NCBI GenBank assembly: GCA_028713935.1
Contig: JAQTNI010000027.1
Span: 1-18,434 of the forward strand
DNA length: 18,434 nt
Reading direction: 5' to 3'
From: Candidatus Iainarchaeum sp.
GTDB taxonomy: Archaea > Iainarchaeota > Iainarchaeia > Iainarchaeales > GCA-2688035
Both the position numbers and the translations under genes were made by a program. The notes beneath the pieces are model-generated. The model searched no databases and was not told the DNA's origin. It saw nothing but the letters and a program-made list of their open reading frames with translations. Below are positions 13,773 to 18,434 of the stretch, in pieces (the stretch's first letter is position 1; each line of letters starts with the position of its first letter).

Positions 13773-14108
13773 TTGTTTGCAATGGCAGCGGATATTTCAA
13801 AAAGCAGGGAAATGGAAAGGCTCAGGAAAAAGCTTACAGTGGACTTGCTCTGGATTTACCTTTTGGGAATTTTAAGGAAAGAGCCGATGCATGCTTATGC
13901 ACTGCGCAGTGAAATTGAAAAGCGCTTCGGCTTTCTCCCTGGAAATGTTTCCGCCTATGTTGTGCTTTACAAATTGCAAAGCAGGGGCTTTGTTTCTTCT
14001 TTGCAGAAAGGAAACAGGACTGTTTATTCAATAACGCAAAAAGGAAAGGAATTGCTTAAAGAAGCTGAAAAGGAATTTTCCGCAAAACAAAAAATGCTTT
14101 TCAAGTGA
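13773..14108 (+). CDS. PadR-family winged-helix transcriptional regulator
   Basis: LLWIYLLGILRKEPMHAYALRSEIEKRFGFLPGNVSAYVVLYKLQSRGFVSS...RTVYSITQKGKELL. The likely true start is the ATG at 13782 (MAADISK). Confidence 0.85.
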   Translation: MFAMAADISKSREMERLRKKLTVDLLWIYLLGILRKEPMHAYALRSEIEKRFGFLPGNVSAYVVLYKLQSRGFVSSLQKGNRTVYSITQKGKELLKEAEKEFSAKQKMLFK

Positions 14109-14160
14109 ATTTGTTTTTTTCTGTTTCTTTTTTAATTTCATTGTTCTTATTCTTTTTTGA

Positions 14161-14997
14161 ATGGAAAGAAAATTATTGCTGCTGCTTGTTGCATTGTTCA
14201 TTGTTACGCAGGCAATCGGGCTTTTTGTCGCATACAATCTTGTTCTTGGAATCAGCTCGGGAGAAATTGCACAGCCGGGAATTGTAAGCGAAAATCCCAA
14301 TGATCCTTTGAATGCGCTTGCATTGATTGGATACATTCTCATTGGAACTGGGGTTTTTTTGGTTTCAATAAAATTCATGAAAAGGCCTTTTGTTTTCAGG
14401 ATTCTGGAGGCATTCATTGTTTTTATTACTTCCTGGATAGTGTTTGAATTTGCCTTTGGCGAGCCGATAGGAATAATCTGCGCCGCATTGTTTTTGATAA
14501 CAAGAATTGTTTTCAGCAAAAGCATCTGGCTGAGGAATGCAAGCAGTGTGATTTCAGCCGCAGTTGTCGGCTCTCTTGTGGGGGTTACTCTTGGAATGAT
14601 TCCTGTTTTGATTTTTGTAGTGGCTCTTGCAGTGTATGATTACATTGCTGTTTTCAAGACAAAGCACATGGTTGCGCTTGCAAAAGGAATCAAGGGAAAA
14701 AACCTTGCTTTTACAATTGCAATGCCAACCAAAGACCACACTTTTGAACTTGGCACTGGGGATTTTGTTGTCCCGCTTGCTTTTGCAACAAGCGCAATGC
14801 GCGGCTCTTTTGAATCTGGAATTGCTTTTCCAAATTATTTTTTCATTGCTTTCCTTATTCTCATTGGAAGCATTGTCGGATTAATTCTTACTCTGGAATA
14901 TTTAAGCAAAAGAATCGGGACAGCATTGCCTGCTTTGCCTGTCCAGACAGGAATAATGCTTGCAATGTTCCTGCTTGGAAAACTGCTTGGATTTTGA
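14161..14997 (+). CDS. Presenilin / signal-peptide-peptidase-like intramembrane aspartyl protease (A22 family, archaeal PSH type)
   Basis: 278 aa, polytopic. All three family motifs are present in the correct order: YD (LAVYDYIAVF), GxGD (LGTGDFVVP) and PAL (TALPALPVQ). Confidence 0.8.
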   Translation: MERKLLLLLVALFIVTQAIGLFVAYNLVLGISSGEIAQPGIVSENPNDPLNALALIGYILIGTGVFLVSIKFMKRPFVFRILEAFIVFITSWIVFEFAFGEPIGIICAALFLITRIVFSKSIWLRNASSVISAAVVGSLVGVTLGMIPVLIFVVALAVYDYIAVFKTKHMVALAKGIKGKNLAFTIAMPTKDHTFELGTGDFVVPLAFATSAMRGSFESGIAFPNYFFIAFLILIGSIVGLILTLEYLSKRIGTALPALPVQTGIMLAMFLLGKLLGF

Positions 14998-15275
14998 CAG
15001 GTGAAACTATGGATTTGCAAAAATTCAGGGTCTTGCAACCAGTTACAGTAAATAGAATCCGCGCAGAAATTGATTTTTTGAATGGTTTTCCATTCCAAAT
15101 TGCGCATATCAATTTGATGGACAACAAGGATGCCTCGGCAATTCTTGCACTGGGCGAGGAGTCACTTACAATTGTAAGTGACAGGCATTCATACCATAAA
15201 AAAGACCGTATTTTCCCAATCAACCAAGAGGAAAATACTGTTTTTGCACAATATGTTTATCGTGATTCAAAAAAT
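14994..15275 (+). CDS. N-terminal segment (frame 0) of a HemK/PrmC-like methyltransferase, before a frameshift
   Basis: The likely start is the ATG at 15009. IFPINQEENTVFAQYV matches the (V/I)(F/Y)xPxxD/E segment that precedes motif I in HemK/Mtq2-type enzymes. The remainder of the tracked ORF (to 15416) looks non-coding. Confidence 0.6.
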
Positions 15276-15292
15276 ATTCGTATGAAACTGGC

Positions 15293-16081
15293 TTGGACCT
15301 TTGCACTGGTTGTGGTGTTATCGCAATGGCACAGGCGAAGGCTGGCACACGGGAGGTCATTGCTACTGATGTTAATTCCCGTGCAAAAGGGTTTATTGAA
15401 AAGAACAATTCGGTGAATAGTTTAAAAGTGCAGTTTAAGAAAGCAAATCTGTTTAATGGGCTCGGGGGAAAGTTTGACAAGATAACTATGAACCCGCCGT
15501 TTATGCCTGCACCAGCAGGCGTGTTCCCATTACATGCACAAGGAGGCAATTTTGGAACGGAAAATGTGATAGAGCCTTTCTTTAATCAGTGTTGGGACTA
15601 TTTAAATGACGGAGGGTGCATTCAGGGAATTTTTCATAGTTGTGCAAGCCAGACAAGAGATTCAATTCTCCAAATAATTGATAAAAATCTTCCTTCAGGA
15701 TGGTCTTACAAAATCAAGCATGTTTTTCCAGTTAAAGAAATCCCACTGGAATTATACAAAACAGGTTTCCTTGGAGAAAATGGGTGCAAAAAATGGTCAG
15801 CAATGCTTGAAAAAAAAGGGTTTTATCTATCGCGTTTTTTTATGGTTACAATAAGAAACAATGGCAAAAATGGTTTGCAAAAAGAAGAACTTTCTGACCC
15901 AAGATTGTACAATATTGTGTGCCCTCCAACTCAACTGAGTTTTCTGAAAAAGAAAAACTTGAAACCAAAGCTTCTTGAAAAGCCAATTTCAGAAGAACAA
16001 TTCCCAACAATTGGACACTTGATGCGCCAAAGCAGATACAATTATGGGTTATATTTAACGTTAAAAACCATTTTTTCCTGA
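15293..16081 (+). CDS. Class I SAM-dependent methyltransferase, HemK/PrmC/MTS-like catalytic part (frame 2)
   Basis: Motif I is LDLCTGCGVIA and motif IV is MNPPF, followed by GGNFGTENVIEPFFNQCWDYLNDGG. This frame is open from 15266 (FKKYSYETG), immediately after a TGA at 15263-15265. Confidence 0.8.
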   Translation: MDLCTGCGVIAMAQAKAGTREVIATDVNSRAKGFIEKNNSVNSLKVQFKKANLFNGLGGKFDKITMNPPFMPAPAGVFPLHAQGGNFGTENVIEPFFNQCWDYLNDGGCIQGIFHSCASQTRDSILQIIDKNLPSGWSYKIKHVFPVKEIPLELYKTGFLGENGCKKWSAMLEKKGFYLSRFFMVTIRNNGKNGLQKEELSDPRLYNIVCPPTQLSFLKKKNLKPKLLEKPISEEQFPTIGHLMRQSRYNYGLYLTLKTIFS

Positions 16082-16103
16082 CTCAAAAATTGGATTTTGA
16101 AAT

Positions 16104-16595
16104 TCAGTGCAAAAAAACAGCTTGTATTGCTTCCAAGCCGTAGAAAATTGCGTATGCAATCAGCACATGCCTGATTATTCTTCCGAGCATTGCTGCTGCC
16201 AAAAATCTTTTCCAGTCAAATTTTATCAGGCCAGCCGCTATTCCAATGAAATCAAAAGGAAATGGGATAAGCGCGCCTATAAAAATGAAAATTGTGCCAA
16301 GGTTTTTTATGCGGTTTTTGAAATCATTAACTTTGCCAGTTTGCGCGTGAGTCATTTTTTCAATTGTTTTGCTTCCAAAGTAACCAGTTGCATAGCCGAC
16401 CATTTCCCCCATTGCAGCGCCTGCTCCTGCTGCAATTCCTAAAAAAAGGGGATTGAAAACCCTTAGGCCTGCAATGAAAACAAAAATAATGTCGAATGGC
16501 AGTGGCAGGAGCACTGATGCGTTCAGGCCAATGGCTGCCAAAAAAACCCCTGCAAGGCCGTAATTCATTATGAATTGGACAAGCAAATCCTGCAT
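16104..16595 (-). CDS. YqaA/DedA-family (COG1238-like) membrane protein
   Basis: 163 aa. LLPLPFDIIFVFIAG, GEMVGYATGYFG and PFPFDFIGIAAGLIKFDWKRFLAAAMLGRIIR resemble the E. coli YqaA layout. Confidence 0.7.
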   Translation of the reverse strand: MQDLLVQFIMNYGLAGVFLAAIGLNASVLLPLPFDIIFVFIAGLRVFNPLFLGIAAGAGAAMGEMVGYATGYFGSKTIEKMTHAQTGKVNDFKNRIKNLGTIFIFIGALIPFPFDFIGIAAGLIKFDWKRFLAAAMLGRIIRHVLIAYAIFYGLEAIQAVFLH

Positions 16596-16736
16596 TTGAA
16601 TCTTTTAAGAATAGGAAATTTGGGTTTAAATCCTTTTTGGCATTGAAAAGCAGGTTTTTAAAACAAAGCAAGTCTAATTTAATTAATAATAATTGTTTTA
16701 AATTCTCAATTTTTAAAGGGTGTTTTTTTGGCCGCC

Positions 16737-16786
16737 TTTTCTTTCTTTGCGAAAGAAAGAAAATGCAGGTTGCCAAAAGAAAGAAA
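16737..16786 (+). repeat. Three-arm Y-R-R element, copy B (upstream of aIF2-beta)
   Basis: TTTTCTTTCTTT-GCG-AAAGAAAGAAAA-TGCAGGTTGCC-AAAAGAAAGAAA. Y1/R2 form a perfect 12-bp hairpin. R3 repeats (and mirrors) R2. Confidence 0.7.
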
Positions 16787-16827
16787 CCATAAACCTTTGA
16801 TAAACAGTTAAAAAAAAGTGTTTTTTT

Positions 16828-17244
16828 ATGGAATATGAGCAGATGCTGGACAGGCTTTATTTGTCTTTGCCGAAAGAGGCTTTGAACAAGGAAAGGTTTG
16901 AAATGCCGAGGGCTGAGTCTTTTGTGCAGGGCACAAAAACAATAATAAAAAATTTTTCCCCTATTCTGAAAGCAATCAACAGGGATAATGAGCAGTCAAA
17001 AAGGCATTTTGTAAAGTATCTTGCAAAGGAAACAGCAAGCCCAGCGAACATTGAGGAAAGCCAGCTTATTCTGGGCGGAAAATTTTCAGATTTTCAGGTT
17101 AATGATTTGCTGAAAAGCTATATTACACAGTTTGTTCTCTGCCCTGTATGCAAAAAGCCCGATACTCATGTGATTGAAAAGCAGGGAGTAAAAATTCTCA
17201 AGTGCGAGGCCTGTGGTGCAATTTCCTCTGTAAAAGGGCTATAA
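16828..17244 (+). CDS. eif2b: Translation initiation factor aIF2 beta subunit
   Basis: 138 aa. The N-terminus is YEQMLDRLYLSLP and the C-terminal C4 zinc ribbon is CPVCKKPDT...CEACG. Length and layout are typical of aIF2-beta. Confidence 0.9.
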   Translation: MEYEQMLDRLYLSLPKEALNKERFEMPRAESFVQGTKTIIKNFSPILKAINRDNEQSKRHFVKYLAKETASPANIEESQLILGGKFSDFQVNDLLKSYITQFVLCPVCKKPDTHVIEKQGVKILKCEACGAISSVKGL

Positions 17245-17287
17245 AACCTTTTCGGAGCGCTCGCTGATGCTCGCTTCCAAAAGGTTT
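17244..17287 (+). repeat. Hairpin repeat H, copy 2 (identical 17-nt core CTCGCTGATGCTCGCTT)
   Basis: AAACCTTTTCGGAGCG-CTCGCTGATGCT-CGCTTCCAAAAGGTTT. It begins at the last base of the aIF2-beta TAA. Confidence 0.7.
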
Positions 17288-17304
17288 ACGAAAAACAAGG
17301 TGAA

Positions 17305-17598
17305 ATCATTTTTCACAAAATCCATGGTTCGGGAAGAAATTGCGTGCTTGCTGTTTGCGACAAGGAGCTTTCCGGGAAAACACTGAAAAGCGGGGAAATT
17401 GAATTTTTTGTCAGTGAAAAGTTTTATGGAACCAAAAAAATTTCCAAAAAACAGCTTGCTTAATTGCTGAAAGAGTTTGGCAATGTGAACCTGGTTGGCG
17501 AAAAAAGCGTTGGAGTTGCCTTAAAGGAAAAGATTATAAGGGAAAAAAGCATAATTAGAATTTCGGGAATTCCGCATGCGCAGATTTTCAGGTTTTGA
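17305..17598 (+). pseudogene. DUF424-family gene lacking ATG/GTG/TTG start and carrying an in-frame TAA (17461-17463)
   Basis: Not in the ORF track. Frame-1 translation: IIFHKIHGSGRNCVLAVCDKELSGKTLKSGEIEFFVSEKFYGTKKISKKQLA*LLKEFGNVNLVGEKSVGVALKEKIIREKSIIRISGIPHAQIFRF*. The VAVCD..L.GK, EFY and G(I/V)PHAQ blocks match my recollection of DUF424. GGTGA at 17299-17303 is followed by ATT at 17308. Confidence 0.65.
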
Positions 17599-17934
17599 GT
17601 GAAAGTGAAAAAAATGGCTGAAAAACAGGATGAAAACAATCCGGAAGAATATGTCTGGGTAAGGTTTCCAAAGGAAAAAGACAATGAGCAGTTTGCAATT
17701 GTATTGCAGTTAATGGGCGGAGACCAGGTAAAGGCAAAATGTGCAGACGGCCTGGAAAGAAGCTGCAGGATTCCCGGAAAAATGAAGAAAAAAGTCTGGC
17801 TGCGCGAAGGCGATTTGATAATTATCAAGGTCTGGGATTTCCAGCCAAGCAAGGCAGACGTTGTCTGGCGCTTCCTGGGAAATCAGACAGAATGGCTCAG
17901 AAGAAAAGGCTATTTGAAAAACCTGAAGCCATAA
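17599..17934 (+). CDS. eif1a: Translation initiation factor aIF1A
   Basis: S1/OB-fold sequence VRFPKEKDNEQFAIVLQLMGGDQVKAKCADGLERSCRIPGKMKKKVWLREGDLIIIKVWDFQPSKADVVWRF. The likely true start is the ATG at 17614. Confidence 0.9.
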   Translation: MKVKKMAEKQDENNPEEYVWVRFPKEKDNEQFAIVLQLMGGDQVKAKCADGLERSCRIPGKMKKKVWLREGDLIIIKVWDFQPSKADVVWRFLGNQTEWLRRKGYLKNLKP

Positions 17935-18014
17935 TCCAAAATTAAAAATTGCTTTTTTCACAAGCCCTATTTAAAGGACTTCCATGTTTAAATAATTAAA
18001 AACGGGGGCCTTTT

Positions 18015-18308
18015 ATGGATTTGCAAAATGTCAGGACTTTTTTGTCAGGAACTCAGAACGGAATTGAAGACTACTGTGATGCCTGCATTAACCATGAACA
18101 GATTTTTTTTTATGCAAGCGGGGAAAAAAACACGCCTCTGTTTGAATTTGACATTCACAAGTCAAAGGACTGGGAAGTTGTCAAGTGTTTTCCAACAGCA
18201 AGCATTTGTTCCGGAGGCGGAATTCCTCTTGGAAGGGCATTCAACACTCGCATGCTTGTCCATGTAAAAAAGAATTTTTCAAAATTGACAGAAGAAAACA
18301 AAAAATAA
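18015..18308 (+). CDS. Hypothetical protein (97 aa)
   Basis: ATG ORF preceded by an AT-rich TATA-like tract (TTTAAATAATTAAAAA). I recognise no family. Confidence 0.4.
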   Translation: MDLQNVRTFLSGTQNGIEDYCDACINHEQIFFYASGEKNTPLFEFDIHKSKDWEVVKCFPTASICSGGGIPLGRAFNTRMLVHVKKNFSKLTEENKK

Positions 18309-18353
18309 GCAGCCTGAAAACCATTAAATTAAGGTCGCGTTACCTATTTTTTC

Positions 18354-18434
18354 ATGGAAAAGCAAAAATTTTTGCTGCAGGAAATTGTGCCTGAAGAAGA
18401 GACAAGGCGGATTTTTGCACAGGTCTTTGACAAG
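18354..18434 (+). CDS. 5' end of a CDS running off the window; possibly a RIO-type kinase
   Basis: MEKQKFLLQEIVPEEETRRIFAQVFDK. The ..VFD. N-terminal helix and the position downstream of aIF1A fit archaeal RIO kinases. Only 27 codons are visible. Confidence 0.35.
   Translation, partial: MEKQKFLLQEIVPEEETRRIFAQVFDK

Noticed and set aside
14028-14525. 165-aa minus-strand ORF overlapping the PadR end and the presenilin start.
   Set aside because: It is antisense to two genes with clear family motifs and has none of its own.
16360-16776. 138-aa minus-strand ORF spanning the YqaA N-terminus and the upstream region.
   Set aside because: It is out of frame with the well-supported YqaA-like gene. 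It runs through the Y-R-R repeat, which yields an artefactual K/R-rich peptide.
10171-17287. Whether the repeated hairpins are a CRISPR array or CRISPR remnants.
   Set aside because: There are only two copies of each family, kilobases apart and not regularly spaced. There are no cas genes. One copy is inside a tRNA intron.
17460-17961. Minus-strand ORFs 17460-17852 and 17710-17961.
   Set aside because: They are antisense to DUF424 and aIF1A, which have strong family-level sequence.

Overview
AT-rich archaeal chromosomal window. The archaeal call rests on a tRNA with a canonical bulge-helix-bulge (BHB) intron and on aIF2-beta and aIF1A genes. A small-genome DPANN-like lineage is only an inference. 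Three blocks are visible. (1) 149-10119: a block of ion and osmolyte homeostasis genes. It holds a DedA/YqaA-like membrane protein, a P3A-type P-ATPase, an MscS channel, a GT81 glucosyl/mannosyl-3-phosphoglycerate-synthase-like gene followed by a histidine phosphatase, an ACT-domain protein, and a CPA1 antiporter with a coupled small membrane protein. It ends in a tyrosine integrase lying 73 nt from the 3' end of tRNA-Cys. An 11-nt copy of that tRNA 3' end sits at the far side of the block, so this may be a tRNA-targeted integrated island. (2) 10358-16595: an inositol-phospholipid pair (MIPS plus CDP-alcohol phosphatidyltransferase), an AAA_14/DUF4143 ATPase, a PadR / presenilin-like protease / HemK-like methyltransferase cluster, and a second YqaA-like gene. 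(3) 16828-18434: a conserved archaeal translation cluster of aIF2-beta, DUF424, aIF1A, an orphan ORF and the start of a RIO-like kinase. Observations not explained by ordinary annotation: a three-arm pyrimidine/purine/purine element present twice, once inside the 91-nt tRNA-Cys intron and once upstream of aIF2-beta; a second two-copy hairpin repeat with an identical 17-nt core; two in-frame TAA codons in otherwise intact genes (integrase, DUF424); a homopolymer frameshift in the methyltransferase; and a degenerate HAD domain fused to the GT81 enzyme next to a histidine phosphatase. No rRNA, CRISPR array or transposase was seen.
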